A stretch of DNA of 64,000 nucleotides. It comes from the human T2T-CHM13v2.0 reference genome, Homo sapiens. Below are positions 26,440 to 42,626 of this stretch, one piece after another. Both the position numbers and the translations under genes were made by a program. The stretch's first letter is position 1; each line of letters begins with the position of its first letter. Where the stretch lies: assembly GCF_009914755.1 (NCBI RefSeq), contig NC_060929.1. The stretch is one strand, 5' to 3'. The notes beneath the pieces were generated by a model. That model worked only from the letters and a program-made list of their open reading frames with translations, was not told where the DNA came from and searched no databases.

Positions 26440-27560
26440 AAGGATTTGTACATAACATCCTAGAGAAATGTGACAATTTGCAGTCTTACCACAACATCAC
26501 CAATACCAGGAATTATTGTTTTTTTAAAAAAATATTTAACAGTATGTTGTTTAAAATGTTCTATCCTTGATTCAAATTCTATTGGTTACCAGGAAAATAT
26601 AACACCTTTCTGTATTTACTGACAATAGGCACATTGTAGTATTTTACTTTTTGTTTATTATCATCATATTTTTGCCAATTTCCTATTGAGTTATTATCCC
26701 TTTTTATTTAATTTTGAGTTTTAAAAATTATATCAATCCTCTATCAGTCATATACACAGCAAATATTTCTAGTTTTGCTTTTGTTTTTGTTTATGGTAGA
26801 GTTTTTTAATATAGAAAATTTAAATATATTTATAAGCAATCTGTAATTTTTTCTTTATGGTTTCTGTCTTTAATGGTCTTTATTTGGAGAGTACCTATGT
26901 AACCCAAGGTTATGCAATTATATACCTTGTATGATTCCAGCAGTTTCTTAGCAAGATATATATATATATATACACACACATATATATATATGGATACATA
27001 TATGCAAAACCATCAGATATATATATAGATATATATTTGCAAAACCATCAGATATATATATAGATATATATTTGCAAAACCATCAGATAGATATATATAT
27101 GCAAAACCATCAATTAATCTGGAATGTATTTTTGTGAGGTTTCTAAGAACAATTCTTACTTTAGTATGATCCAGTAATTTAGCCAGCTATGCCAACACCA
27201 TAAGCAACACCTACTGATTGGAAATGCCAGCTCTATCATATACTAAATTTGTCTGCTTATTCTGGTGTTAGTTTCTTATCATTTTAATTATTATAACTTT
27301 AATTTTAAAAAATCTGGTATCAGTACCTGCTCCATTATTTTTGTTTTGCAATTTTTTTCTTGTCCTTTCTCATGCATTTATTTTTCCAGGCAAATTTTAG
27401 AATCACTTAATCAAGTCCCTCTTTCCCTGGGCCGCCTCCATTCCACTGGGATTTCAATTGGGTTTATGGTATATTATTAGATGTATTTCTGAAAAATTGA
27501 CATGTTTATAATACGGAGCTTTCCTATCCACGTCATGGTCTATATATCCAATTTATTTGG
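26440..27560 (-). mobile_element. Ancient L1M fragments
   Basis: T-rich degenerate antisense ORF2 (ATCTGGAATGTATTTTTGTG, AGCCAGCTATGCCAACACCAT, ATTGACATGTTTATAATA). Confidence 0.55.
26955..27112. repeat. (TA)n plus 35-bp minisatellite
   Basis: TGCAAAACCATCA occurs four times separated by GATATATATA runs. Confidence 0.9.
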
Positions 27561-27748
27561 GCAAGCTTTTAATTCGATAGGGATAAAAATAAATTTCTTA
27601 ATTGAACAAGAGCAAGAAGGCTCTGTTGATATGATTTTTCCATTTTGCCTAAGTGGAAGCAGGATAAGCCTTTTTATATCAGGACCATAAAACCATATAA
27701 AATATGGTTTACACATACTATATATGTATATCTGTATCTACATCTATA

Positions 27749-28768
27749 TATGCAGTCCTCACTTTGCACGGTTTGGTATACATGAATTTCAACTGTCATA
27801 GTTTAGTTAATATCAGTCCCCAACATGATTCAAATTTAGTTACTACTTTGTATTAGCTATGAGTAATTGCATAAAGTATAAATTTTACTGCTGTGTCTTC
27901 AGTCTACAAATCACTACATAAAATACAGATTATTAAATTGATTTGTGACCGGTCATGTTTCCTCTTTCAGTATCTGTCAATGATTGGTCATTGCACATCT
28001 GTCATTCACAGTTCATGCACAGACAGCAAGGTGTGTAGCTATTTTGCCTCCTTGTCTCCCAGTGGTAAATCCGTGTGACATTTCACAAAAATGGGTCATT
28101 GACAAAAATTGGTCAATAAAGATGAAAGTGCAGAAAATAAACAAGAAGTGATAATGCTGAAAGTGAAATTTGTATTGAACATCAATGAAATTATAGAATA
28201 GGGGCAGTGAGAATGTCAGCACCACTGCTTTTGAGAGATCTACAGGCAGAGGAACAAATCAAACTTACTGACATATGTCCCAGAGGAAGTGATACTGGCA
28301 AAAACCAAAAACAAAACCTTACATTAAAGGAACTCTCAGAGATATTTCATGACATTGAAAGTACAGAGGATAAAACCTTGGGAGCTAATCCAAACTTAAA
28401 GAGTATGATGAAATCATAGGCAGTGAAAGGATGCCTGCTTTGTATCATAAACTATACAACAAGAAGAAGGCAATTACTGTTCAAAGTGCTTTTGAGAAAT
28501 AGAGTATTTTAGAGAAATAAAGTAATTTAAATCTCAATATGTCTAATATTTTAAATTACAGTATACTAAATAATAATTTTACTATTTTTCATGTTTCTAA
28601 ACATTTATAACCAAAAGTAAGAGAGTTTTTAATGTTTCAACAAAAATTTGTAACAGTCACAAAACATTGTAACATTTTTCCATTGATTAATAAGATCGTC
28701 TTGCATGGTTTCAGCTTGTGCAGTCATTTTTATGATCTCACGCTACTATGCAAAGCGAGCATGGCCTG
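27749..28768. mobile_element. TcMar-Tigger-type DNA transposon relic
   Basis: Imperfect TIRs (..GCAGTCCTCACTTTGCA / TGCAAAGCGAGCATGGCCTG) with TA flanks; internal ORF LTLKELSEIFHDIES. Confidence 0.65.
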
Positions 28769-30073
28769 TACTCAAGGGAGCGAGGAGGCAAAGAGAGGCA
28801 AGAATGACAAGCTGAGTGAAAATCCTCCAGCTCAGAGCAGCTGGCAGAAAAAGAGAAAGACCAAGCTAATGCTTTCACCTTGGTAAGAAAAATAACTCCC
28901 ACGAAACGGACACTGGCTCAAAGGATGAACATATTGTTCTAGAGTTACACAAGAACACTGCACTTAAGAAGGCACGTCCCCAAAATTGGTTTATTTTAAT
29001 GTAATATATTTCCCTGAAACTTTGCTTGTAGGAACAGAAGGAATTTCTGGCCCTGGGTTACCTGAGTTTGCATCCTTGTTCTCTTTCCTTCAGGGAGGAG
29101 ATTGTCTAGGTCCAAAATACCTACTGTCTTGCCTTGCATTAGTTGTGGTGTCAGGGAGGGGGATAGTTCTTATTCCAGCTTTTCACGTGATGTCATCCTG
29201 GCCACTTAATCTTCTGGTGCAGTGATGCAATGAAATTCTCTCAGGCTAATGGGTTCAGGCACATCTTTCCTGGGCCAATAGCCAGAAATTGATGTGCTGA
29301 TTTAGAAGGGGATGGAAAGCACAAAGAATTTTTCAAGCCAAGGGAGAAACAAGAGAACAAAAGAAATACTGCTTTTGTTAATGGCTCTGAGTGAAAATTT
29401 TTCCTTAAAATCCCAATGATAGTCTACAATGTTTTGAAAGTGATTTATAAGGCTGACAAGGACTGGCTGGGCTTAATGGGGTCATTTAATTTTAATGCCT
29501 CAAATAGGACTGCTTCTATTTTTATCCCAATAAAAGAGTTTGCAATGGTACACATGAGCAAATTTAAAAACGTAAATCATGTCTATATGTGATCAATTTA
29601 GGAAGAGGGAGTCTTGAGGAGAAAGCCGGACAGACGGTGAGATGGGAGATGTAATTTTAGATGAAATGTGCAACTTTCCCATGTCCCTGGAGGTACACAA
29701 AAGGCAGAGAAAGCCTTATTTATAGACGTTCCACCTCTGGCTCTGAGCTCTAATTTGAGGAACTCACAGAGCTGTCTTACTGAATGTATGTCTTTGCTAA
29801 GTTCCTGTATTTCCTGCCTTTATCCTGACTTCTTAAGAGTCTTTCTGAATCTGCCTTTGACTAGTAATATAACCTTGAACAAGTAACTGGACCTCAGATT
29901 CTTTGCCATAAAGTGAGGGCATTGAAGGAGAAGATCTCTCTCTAAATGGCTTTGTGACTCTCTAAATTTCTGCATAAGAAATCTTTTTAACTGAAGGAAT
30001 ATTTAGTATCAATAAATTAATTTTAAAGAATGGATTAAAACTCCTATCTTTCTCCAGAAAGGATTTAAGGTGA

Positions 30074-30670
<597 letters not shown>

Positions 30671-31471
30671 GGTGACTTCTCATTACATTATTGCTCTGGC
30701 TTGCATGTATGAGAAGTTTCTTTTTTCCTAGCCCTGCACTATGGCTACCTTCAACTAAACTGAGGCATGGGCTGAGATTTCAGAGGTTTTAAAGAGTATA
30801 TTATATTGCTTCCTAGATTGATTGGCAGAACAGATTAGCACATGACTGCAGGCAACTAAGATTTCCCTATGGAAATGCAGTATATTAAAAATAAAACATC
30901 ATTAATACAATAGTCAGTTAGAAATGCTATCAAATAATTTGAAACAAAATATGAAGGAAGAAAAACAAATAAGATAACAACCATACTCATTTTAAGAACT
31001 ATCCATCACTCTCTGTGTAACCTTTATTTTCATCTCAGATGTAGGTTAAAATGCTTTGACTCACTCTAAGTATTTTCTTAGAGTCAAAGTCAATTGATTA
31101 TATTCAGAGCTCATATCTGGCTCCAACTGTTATAAGCTTTAAGAAAACTTGACATTAGAAGCTCATTCAGGACTTCCAAATCCCCATAGAATAACAGCAG
31201 GATTCCTAAATCCTAATTTTTCGTACGTCTTCCAAGAACCATGCATATCAACAAGGAGAATATATAAAATCATCTATAACTTGAGCCCACAACATAACTA
31301 GATGACAGAAAAAAATACTCTTCTCTCCAATGTACATGTGGTAGAAAAGTGAAAACAGCAGAGCCAACTCATGTGCTATATGAGAGTGAGGAGTCAGGCA
31401 GATCCTGCAGGCAGGCACTGGCAGTTGGAAAATAAGAGTAAAATCTCCCCCACATTATCAAAGAAAGTCCC

Positions 31472-33740
<2,269 letters not shown>

Positions 33741-33991
33741 AGTCCCATGGGTAGTAGAGAAATACTGAGAACAATAGTATACTCATGCCATCACTAGTAA
33801 TGGGTTACCTTTCATTATGTGCTCCCTGAAGTCATGCAGTGGAAGGTACCCATCCTCAACTGGGTGGCATCCTAGCCATAAATGGATGAATCATGATTGA
33901 ATTGACTTGAATTGCAAGGAAAATGTCAAGAGAATCTAGAACATGGAATGCTCTGTAGCACAACTAGCCTTTACTCTTCAGAACATGATAG

Positions 33992-34076
33992 TGTGTGTGT
34001 GTATGTGTGAGTATGTATGTGAGTGTGCATGTGTGTGTATGTGTGAATGTGTATGTGTGTGGGTGTGTGTGTGTGT
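33992..34076. repeat. (TG)n-rich microsatellite
   Basis: Direct read. Confidence 0.9.
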
Positions 34077-34079
34077 ATT

Positions 34080-34272
34080 ATACCACTGGTTGGCTTTCCT
34101 AGGTCTCTAGCTTGCAGATGGAAGATCATGGGACTTTTCAGTCTCCATAATCACATGAGCCAATTCCTCATAATAAATCTCACTCTGATTCTCTCTGTCT
34201 TTCCTTCTATCTCTCACTCTCTCTCTCTCTATTGTATATATACACACATATGTATATATAATACATCTCTAT
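34080..34272 (+). mobile_element. MLT2B-like LTR fragment
   Basis: AGCTTGCAGATGG..GGGACTT..CTCCATAATCACATGAGCCAATTCCTCATAATAAATCTC. Confidence 0.75.
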
Positions 34273-34277
34273 ATTTG

Positions 34278-34636
34278 TGTATTAGTCCATTTTCATGCTG
34301 CTGATAAAGACATACCCAAGACTGATCAATTTACAAAAGAAAAAGTTTTAATTGGACTTACAATTCCACTTGGCTGGGGAAGCCTCACAATCATGGCAGA
34401 AGGCAAGGAGGAGCAAGTCACATCTTACATGGTTAGTGGCAGGCAAAAAATTAGAGAACGTGTGCAGGGGAACTCCTCTTTTTAAAAGCGTCAGATCTCA
34501 TAAGACTTATTCACTATCACGAGAACAGCATGGGAAAGACTTGCCCCCATGATTCAATTACCTCCCACCAGGTCCCTCCTGCAACACGTGGGAATTCAAG
34601 ATGAGATTTGGGTGGGGACACAGCCAAACCATATCA
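34278..34636 (-). mobile_element. THE1 solo LTR
   Basis: TGTATTAGTCCATTTTCATGCTGCTGATAAAGAC...CAGCCAAACCATATCA; perfect TSD ATTTG. Confidence 0.93.
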
Positions 34637-34641
34637 ATTTG

Positions 34642-35560
34642 TATATATGTATGTATGTGTGTATGTACATATATATACAGTATAGATATACAGTATAGAT
34701 ACACACACATATATATAGGAAGAGAGAGAGAGAGAAGGAGTGGGGGAGGGAGGGAGGGAGAAAGAGAGAGAGAGAGAGAATGATTGTGAGAAATTAGCTC
34801 CCACAGTTATGGACACTGAGAAGTCTCAGGGTCTGCCATGGGCAGGTTGGAGCCCCAGGAAAGCCCATGGTGTAATTCTGCCTGCGTCCAAAGCCTGAAA
34901 AGTAGGGAAGCCTATGGTATAACTTCCAGTTTGAGAGCAGGAGAAGATAAGATGTCCCAGCTCAAGCAGTGAAGCAAAATAATAAAATCGGTGGGTGGGG
35001 TGAATTCCTCTCTTCTCTGCCTTTCTTTTTTTTCTACCCAGGCCTGTCTTAATCCTTTGGGCTGCTATAAAAAAAATACCACAGGCTGAGTTATTTATTA
35101 ACAGTAAAAGTTTACTCCTCACAGTTCTGGAGGCTGGGAAGTCCAAGATCAAGGCACTGGCAGATTTGGTGTCTGGTGAGGGCTACTCTCTGCTTCTAAG
35201 ATGGTGCCTTATTGTTGAATCCTCTGGAGGGGATGAAGTGTGAGTCTCACGTGGAGGAAGAGACAGAGAGGCAATATCTTTTATAAGATGTTAACATTCA
35301 TAAGGATGGATACCTCATGGGCTAATCACCTTCTCAAGGCCCCACCTCTTAATACTGTTGCATTGAGGATTAAGCTCCAACATAAATTTGAGAGGGGACA
35401 CAAATATTCAAACCATAGCAAGGCCCTAAACAAACTGGTTGATGTCGACCCATATAGTGGAAGGCCATCTATTTTACTGAGTCCACCAATTCAAATGCTT
35501 GTCTCTTTCAGAAACACTCTCACAGACACACCCAGAAATAATGTTTAATTTAGGCATCTT
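34642..35560 (-). mobile_element. MLT2B-like LTR with TA/GA microsatellite, interrupted by MST
   Basis: CTGAGAAGTC..CAGGAAAGCCCATGGTG; resumes after MST with CACAGACACACCCAGAAATAATGTT. Confidence 0.75.
35045..35420 (-). mobile_element. MST solo LTR
   Basis: TGTCTTAATCC...ATTCAAACCATAGCA; perfect TSD AGGCC. Confidence 0.9.
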
Positions 35561-35751
35561 TCATGAAGCCTTTGAGACATTTAACTTCAACCAGCAAAGT
35601 TTCTAGTAACATTTCCCAGGTACCCACCCCTACATATATTTTTACCCTCTCCATGGCAAGCAGAGAGAAAGAAACACAGAGGGAAGCCTGTGCCATCTGC
35701 AAGTTCCCAGTTTGCACCACACACCTGTTATTCCTACCTGGGATATTCCCC

Positions 35752-35930
35752 ACGTGATTTTTCTCCAAGTGTGGCCTGGACTCACTGTGAACCTGCATAA
35801 TGCTGGGCCTGCCTCATAATGCTGGGCCTGCCTCACATCTGCTGAAACTCTGGAGGTGGGACCCAGGAATCTGAATTTTAACAAGCTCCCCATGATTCTG
35901 TGCACCCTCAAATTCGAGAAGCCCTGCTCT
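35752..35930. mobile_element. MER5A-like hAT element
   Basis: GAAACTCTGGAGGTGGGACCCAGGAATCTG..TTTAACAAGCTCCCC..GATTCT. Confidence 0.7.
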
Positions 35931-36686
35931 AGCATCTGACTCCACACTTAACCGCACCAAAATTACCTATAAGCAGCATTTACTATGAACACCAATTAGC
36001 ACTGAAAATTATTTTCAGCTGGTTACGTTAGGATTTAAACATTAAGACATGCAGAGAATGATACCACACCACATCCAGAGAGCTAACACTCCTTGCTTGA
36101 TGGGGGAGCTGTTTCTCACACTGCTGTGTCACTGGATTTATAGTTCGGCTTCTGGCACAGAGCTCTGACTCAGCTGCATTTAATTCCTAAAAGAATCACA
36201 CCTCCCTTCTCTCCCCTTCATCTACCCACTGTTGTTCCTCCACACAATTATTCAGAACACTGATTTTCATGCTTAAATAGAGCAACAGCTTTCAGAGTGC
36301 TTTCTTCACACCAGGCTAAGAGTTTATGTGAACTAGGAAGATGATGTTGTAATTTAGTACCACTCGGTACAATTAAAAAAAAAAAAAAAACTAACACCTG
36401 GAGTAAGAGATGCATTAAGAGATGAACAGTTGAGCTCTGATGGGGGATGAAGCATGGACAGGCAGAAAGAACCCACTAGAAGTGTGGAATTATGTCTGAG
36501 CCTGGTGATGCACCAAAGTTGGGGACCCTGGCTTGCTGGGGCCATAAGAAGGCCCAGAATTTCAAGAGTGCTTAGAGAGAGGAAGAGGGTCTGGGGGCTG
36601 CAGGGAGCAGAGGGTGGCTCAGAGGGCTAGAAGAAAATAATTTTGCATACAGAATTTTGACAAGGAATTTTTAAAAATCTCTTTTC

Positions 36687-36970
36687 CGCCAGGCGCGGTG
36701 GCTCATGCCTGTAATCCCACCACTTTGGGAGGCCGGGGTGGGTGGATCATGAGGTCAGGAGATTGAGACCATCCTGGCTAACACGCTGGTCTACCCCATC
36801 TCTACTGAAAATACAAAAAATTAGCCTGGCGTGGTGGTGGGCACCTGTGGTCCCAGCTACTCAGAAGGCTGAGGCAGGAGAATGGCGTGAACCCGGGAGG
36901 TGGAGCTTGCAGCGCCACTGCACTCCAGCCTGGGTGACAGAGCAAGACTCCATCTCAGAAAAAAAAAAAA
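36687..36970 (+). mobile_element. AluY with small internal deletion
   Basis: CCATCCTGGCTAACAC, GAATGGCGTGAACCCGGGAGG, GGAGCTTGCAG; ~12 bp missing before CGCCACTG; degenerate TSD AAAAATCT..TCC. Confidence 0.92.
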
Positions 36971-37167
36971 TCTTTTGTCCAGTTCAGAAATGGCTCCTGG
37001 GAAAAAGGAAAGTTGTAAATACGCTATTTACAGGGAGTTAGGTCTGTGTGGAAAATTATTGGCAGATGTTGGTAGAAATATTGAAATATCACCCTTAGTC
37101 ATTTGCACTGGAGTTCCTCTTGAGCTTCTTGGGAGAGTGCACCATTCCCCCAGCCCAGTCATGAACC

Positions 37168-37665
37168 TTGTTTTTAAAAATTTCAGTAGTTTTGGGGAAA
37201 CAGGTGGTGTTCAGTTGCATGGATGAGGTCTTCAGTGGCGATTTCTGAGATTTTGGTACACCCGTCACCTGAGCAGGGTACACTGTACCCAACATGTAGT
37301 CTTTTATTCCTCATCCCCCTCCCACCATTCCCCCTGAGTTCCCAAAGTCCACTATATCATTCTTATGCCTTTGTATCCTCATAGCTTAGCCCCCACTTAT
37401 AAGTGAGAACGTACAATGGTTGATTTTCCATTCCTGAGTAACTTCACTTAGAAGAATGGCCTCCAGCTCCATCCAAGTTGTGACAAAGGCCATTATTTCA
37501 TTCCATTTTATAGATGAGTAGTATTCCATTTTGTGTGTGTATATATATATATAATATTTTCTTTATGCATTCGTTGGTTGACGGGCATTTAGGTTGGTTC
37601 TATATTTTTGCAATTGTGAATTGTGTTGCTATAAACATGTGTGTGCATGTGTCTTTTTCATATAA
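37168..37665 (-). mobile_element. L1PB-like 3' end
   Basis: GATTTCTGAGATTTTGGTACACCCGTCACCTGAGCAG..TTCCATTCCTGAGTAACTTCACTTAGAA. Confidence 0.85.
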
Positions 37666-37759
37666 TACCAGTCATGAACCTTCCAGATTGAAATTGGAAT
37701 GAAGAGTGAATCAAAGGTGCAACAGTATTTCCACAATCTCTGCTGCTCACTTGTGACAG

Positions 37760-37975
37760 GTGGTGGGTCACTGCAGGGAGGAAGAAGAGGCAGTGACTGC
37801 TAGTGGATATGGGGTTCCTTTGGAGGGTGATAAAAGAGCTCTAAAATTGATTGTGTTGATGGCTGCACAACTCTGTGAATGTACTAAAAACCATTACACT
37901 GTACTCTTCGAATGGGTAAATTGTATGCTATGTGAATTAGATCTCAATTAAGTTGTTTATATACATTTTAAAAAT
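37760..37975 (+). mobile_element. Old L1M 3' end
   Basis: GATGGCTGCACAACTCTGTGAATGTACTAAAAACCATT..GAATTAGATCTCAAT. Confidence 0.75.
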
Positions 37976-38272
37976 CACTGGAAACATATCTAGGGGCAGA
38001 AAGAACAGAAAAGGGTGAAGCCTCTTTGTGAATTCCAGTCTGACTCTCTGGCCAAGCATTGATAGTTACACAGCAGAAAAGCTGAGGGAAAATTGCAGGA
38101 AATGTGTTGTTATCCAAGTTGGGTGAAGGTAATTATGAAACACTAAGAAGTGTAGATAAAAATGATAAAAATAAAAAGATCTGTTTCTTTTGCATCAGCT
38201 ACCCAGCTACCCATTACTTCTGTGCGTGTGTTTTTTTTTTTAAATATATAAGTAAAGTAACCAGAGGGAATG

Positions 38273-38653
38273 TGTTATGGTTGGGCTGTGTCCCCACCCA
38301 AATCTCATCTTGAGTTGTAGTTCCATAATCCCCACGTGTCATGGGAGGGGCCCGGTGGGAGGTAATTGAATCATGGGGGTTGTTTCCCCCATGCTGTTCT
38401 CGTGATAGTGAGTGAGTTCGCACAAGATCTGATTGTTTTATAAAGGGCTTTTTCCCCTTTTGCTCGGCACTTCTCCTTACTGCCATCATGTGAATAAGGA
38501 CGTCTTTGCTTCCCCTTCTGCCATTATTGTAGGTTTTCTGAGGCCTCCCCAGCCATGCAGAATTGTGAGTCAATTAAACCTTAAACCTCTTTCCTTTATA
38601 ACTTACCCAGTCTCTGGTATGTCCTTATAGCACCATGAGAACGGACTAACACA
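38273..38653 (+). mobile_element. THE1 solo LTR
   Basis: TGTTATGGTT..GTGTCCCCACCCAAATCTCATCTTGA...GGACTAACACA. Confidence 0.92.
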
Positions 38654-39699
38654 GACTATAAAGATGAGGTGGGAGTGTGGGCTACGTTTCAGCCAAAATT
38701 TAATATATTGTTTACATATGACAGCACATCTCAAGAGCAGACACTGAGATGATATGGGCTGGGTGATATGAGTAAGATCCTTCATGGGCTATTATTATAA
38801 TAATTGCATTTTCCAAAATAGGAATTTATAGATAGGCAATTATAATTGCTAGCCTGTATCCTCTGTTGCCACTTGATGTTTTGGGAACCGTGAAATCCTT
38901 TTCTTCAGTTTTGTTTTGTTTTGTGTGCTTGTAAGGCTCAGTAACAATAATGTCTTTTCTTTAAGCAGCATCACCCAAAACACTTTAGGGCTTTAGGGAG
39001 GGTGAGAAGGAGTCAAAAACAACAAAATATGATGATTAAGTAATGAGCCCTTCAAACCTCAGAAAATGGAACCAAGTGGTGAGCAAACTTAGTACCATTT
39101 AACTTACCTGTATAAAAAGCAGGGGCCATTTGGGTTAGGAGGTTTTGGCCTCTGGGTCAGGACATCATATTGCCCAGGGCCATAGGGTGTGGAGCTCAGA
39201 GGGAGAAATCAAAGCAAAAGTCAGGCCGACTGTCTAATGAAGTTGCCAATCAGAAGACACAAAGCTGAGAGAGAGAACTAAATGCACAGGCTCCAGAGAG
39301 AAACCAGAGGAGAAGGGAGGATTTGGAGCAAAGGGTGGAGATGGAGCTGAAAGGTGGTTCCAGTGGCTTTTATGGAGAGCTGCAGGCTCTGATGAATGGA
39401 GCACAGGAGGGACAAGGAAAAAAAAAAGGTTGATAAAGCTCAGACTCAGGGACTCAATCCCTATTCCTTCTTCCATCTTAACTTTTCCTAGAGCCAAATC
39501 AAGAAATTATGATATCCAATAATTCCACCAGCCAGGTGGTCAGCAAAACCTCCAAGGATAATGGTGCTTATGGTTAAGGATCTCTGGGCTGGTAGCCAGA
39601 TCCGTTTCTTAACAACATACACTACCAGAAAATTCTTCCTTACATCAAACAGTACATTTCTTATCTTGGCCACTTTCTGGCTGGGCTATCAACACACAC

Positions 39700-39890
39700 T
39701 GGCTATGGATGTGTTGGACGTCAACTAAGCTCTCTAAGAGTTTTTTTCTTTGTTTGTAAAATGGGACTAATAATGGGACCTACCTTCTAGGATTATTGTC
39801 AGGATTAGAGGGATGAGGTGTATAAAGCATATAGACTGGTCCTTGTCACATGATATACATTACTTTCAGCATCAGAATCAGTATTAATGT
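39700..39890 (+). mobile_element. MIR
   Basis: TGTAAAATGGGACTAATAATGGGACCTACC..GGATTATTGTCAGGATTA. Confidence 0.65.
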
Positions 39891-40039
39891 TTATATTTGT
39901 GTTGCTCTTAGTAACATTGAGGCCCACAATCTTGGGGCTTGTACTAATCAAAAAAGGATCCTTATCTGGCAATTAAGCAGCATCCCTAGGTTTCTTGATA
40001 ATGCTGTTGGTCAAGAAAATGAAGACATTGGCCTCCTGA

Positions 40040-40250
40040 GTGCTCATTGTGTGACACGCCCTCAGATGCATGCATTATTTATGTGATCTCTTGTTACCTG
40101 CATGATGACCCCGCGAATAAACAGAAATGCATTTTATACATTAGGAAACAAGTTTAGAAAAGCAAGCAAATTGCCCAAGGTCATATAACCAGTAAGTCTG
40201 GAGGTGGAACTTGAATCTAGTCCTGTGTAATTCCAAAGCCTCTACCTGGA
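40040..40250 (-). mobile_element. MIR
   Basis: TTGCCCAAGGTCATATAACCAGTAAGT..GGAACTTGAATCTAG. Confidence 0.6.
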
Positions 40251-40819
40251 ATAAGAGAAGCCACAGGAGCATGAAGCCAGTGTTTTGCTTTCACAGTGAC
40301 TTGGGGCATACCTTGTCAGAGGGCCTGAGGAGTGAGCACGACCTAAATCTCATGATATATCAACCAAGTTCTTCCACTTTCCTTATAGTCCATCATAGAT
40401 TTATAGGTTTGTCCAGTGTTTTCTAAACCTTTCTTGAAGCTGTTTATATTTTCAGCCAGCAGGACTTTAAATAGCCCCAGGGTTTCTCTGAAGTGACTTG
40501 TAGCTAATACAATATCACAGGAGGAGACCAAGTGGGTGCAGTTTCCAGCCTCACACCTTCTCTTTGCCTCATTCACAGTTGTTTTGCTTTTATTTGTTTT
40601 ATATTTATGGTTCACATAAAAAGATATCTACTAGGAGGGAAAAAAAGTTTGGTGACTAAAAATATAAATGTTTGAAAGACCAAAGCCTTAAACTGTTGTT
40701 GGTAACACTTGTATTTATCTTTCCAAAATAATTTATGCAAATATGCGCTCTTCTCATTTCTTACCCTCTAAGAGTTGAGGCATAATTGTCTGTTTCTGCT
40801 CTATATACCCTTCATGGTT

Positions 40820-41235
40820 TTTTAGTTGGTTTTCCCTGAACAATGTTTTCCTTTGGAGAACCTCCCTCTAATAATTTCATGTATGACTAGGAGGGCTCAT
40901 TACTGAGACATGGCTGATCATGCATCTCATCCCACAGTAAAAATGACTGGTTCAGGAATGGATATGTGGCTGTAGCGGAATAAATTTGAGTCCCTTCCTA
41001 GATCAATATGCTGTTATTGGGACAGAAAAACACTCTGCTGAGGTTGCTAAGCTGATAGACTTCTTGCTCATAATGTACAAAAAGCATTAGCTGACAAATG
41101 AAACCATGCAAGGATGAATGGAATGCAGAATGGAGGGAAAATCAGAGTCCCAGTGACATCATTTCAGCCCCTGGATCCAGCTGAACCTGAAGGCATTTTC
41201 ATACTTGAATTTTCCCTTTTAAGTAAGCCAAGATT
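40820..41235 (+). mobile_element. Old MLT1 (J/K-like) LTR
   Basis: GACTGGTTCAGGAATGGATATGTG..CCCCTGGATCCAGCTGAACCTGAAG. Confidence 0.55.
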
Positions 41236-41899
41236 TTACCTCTTTCTGAATGCCTTCCAAGATTAATCCCATTGATCTTGATTATCTTATCTGCTGTCTC
41301 CCTGCATTTGAGGTTTTGTGCAATACTCATGTGTGCATGTTGGTAATGCTATTGTGAAAAAACTTCCTTTACTTATTCTAAACAGAGACAGCGTCTGTTT
41401 CCTCAACCACGGAAGCAGGTTCCTCAGGGAAGGGGCTACTGCCTAAATATCTATAACCTCTCAGTGGCTCATAATGATTGAGTGTTTGACTTCTCTAGAG
41501 GACAGTAACACTTCTTGGTTACAGAAAGCTGAACATTTTGCCTTTTTATAGTAAGAAGTGACTGTCTGCTTCTTCTAGAAACTCTGACCCAGTGCCAGCT
41601 TCATGGACATGTGTGCTGTGACCATGTCCTCAGCTCTGGTCATTACCACATGCCTTCCCTTCATATATGTGAATTTCCGTGGTCTCTTTTTGCCCATCCT
41701 CTTCTTTTCCCTGCTTTCAGAAAGAGATGCTATGTAAGAGGAAAAATGGTTTTTGTTTAGGCAATGTAGCTTATTCTGCAGCGTACAATATGGGGGCAGT
41801 TCATAAGTCATTTTGGAATTGTTTTACCTTGTTTCCCATGCAGGAACATCTCTGATTACAGCATTCCACCATCAGAACTCTTTATTAGCAGAAAATGTG

Positions 41900-42626
41900 T
41901 GCAGAATATAAAGGCTAATCCCTGAACCTGGCATTTGACATTATGATCTGACCCCAGTCTGCCTTCTTGCCTCATCTCCTGCCTGCTTTCTCCCTGGGAT
42001 TGGGAGTGTTGGTCCCCTTACCTCCAATTTCCTGGAGGAAGGCCTAAATCAGCATTTGGTCCTGGGGCTGTTCTTTGACACAGCACTCCCAGAAAACTTA
42101 GGCATGCCACCCCATCAATAATCGCTGGTCTACATTCCAGCCAAACTCTATCATTGTTGTTCCTCTGATATTCTACAGCTTCCATGCCTTCAGTCACATT
42201 AGTCCCTATGTTTGAGAGCTTTGCCTGAATTCCTATCTATCCAAATTTCACTCACTCTTACAATGCCTTCTCTCCCTTGAAGCACTTCCTGGACTTCGTC
42301 ATCATCAACAACATGTACATGTCACATGCTATGTGTATTTATATATACTCACTTAATCCTCACAACAACTTCACAGTGTAAGTACTAAAATTATTCCCAT
42401 TTCACACATGAGAAAATAAAGGCACTGCGATGTTGGATAGTTTCCCCGAGGAGAATTACACAGCCAGCGAGTGTCAGAGAAATGATTTGAATTTAAGCTG
42501 TTTGGCTCTAGAGTCTATGCAGTGATTTTCTAGAATGTATTGCTAAAACATCTCATGGTTCTTCTTGGCCTCTAAAGTTTTCATTATTTGTGTATGCCTC
42601 CCTTCCCCTAGCCTGCAAGCTCCCTG
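41900..42626 (+). mobile_element. L2 3' region interrupted by antisense MIR (~42310-42545)
   Basis: ATGATCTGACCCC..CCTTCTCTCCCTTGAAGCACTTCCTG and L2 end CCCCTAGCCTGCAAGCTCCCTG; MIR TTAATCCTCACAACAAC..CCCATTTCACACATGAGAAAA. Confidence 0.6.

Noticed and set aside
28780-28890. Purine-rich stretch ending in TG/GTAAGA as a possible exon
   Set aside because: No convincing acceptor or recognisable protein; needs transcript evidence.
35796-35833. Perfect 19-bp tandem duplication in MER5A
   Set aside because: Common indel class.
36166-36174. TGACTCAGC AP-1/ARE motif
   Set aside because: A single short motif is not evidence of function.
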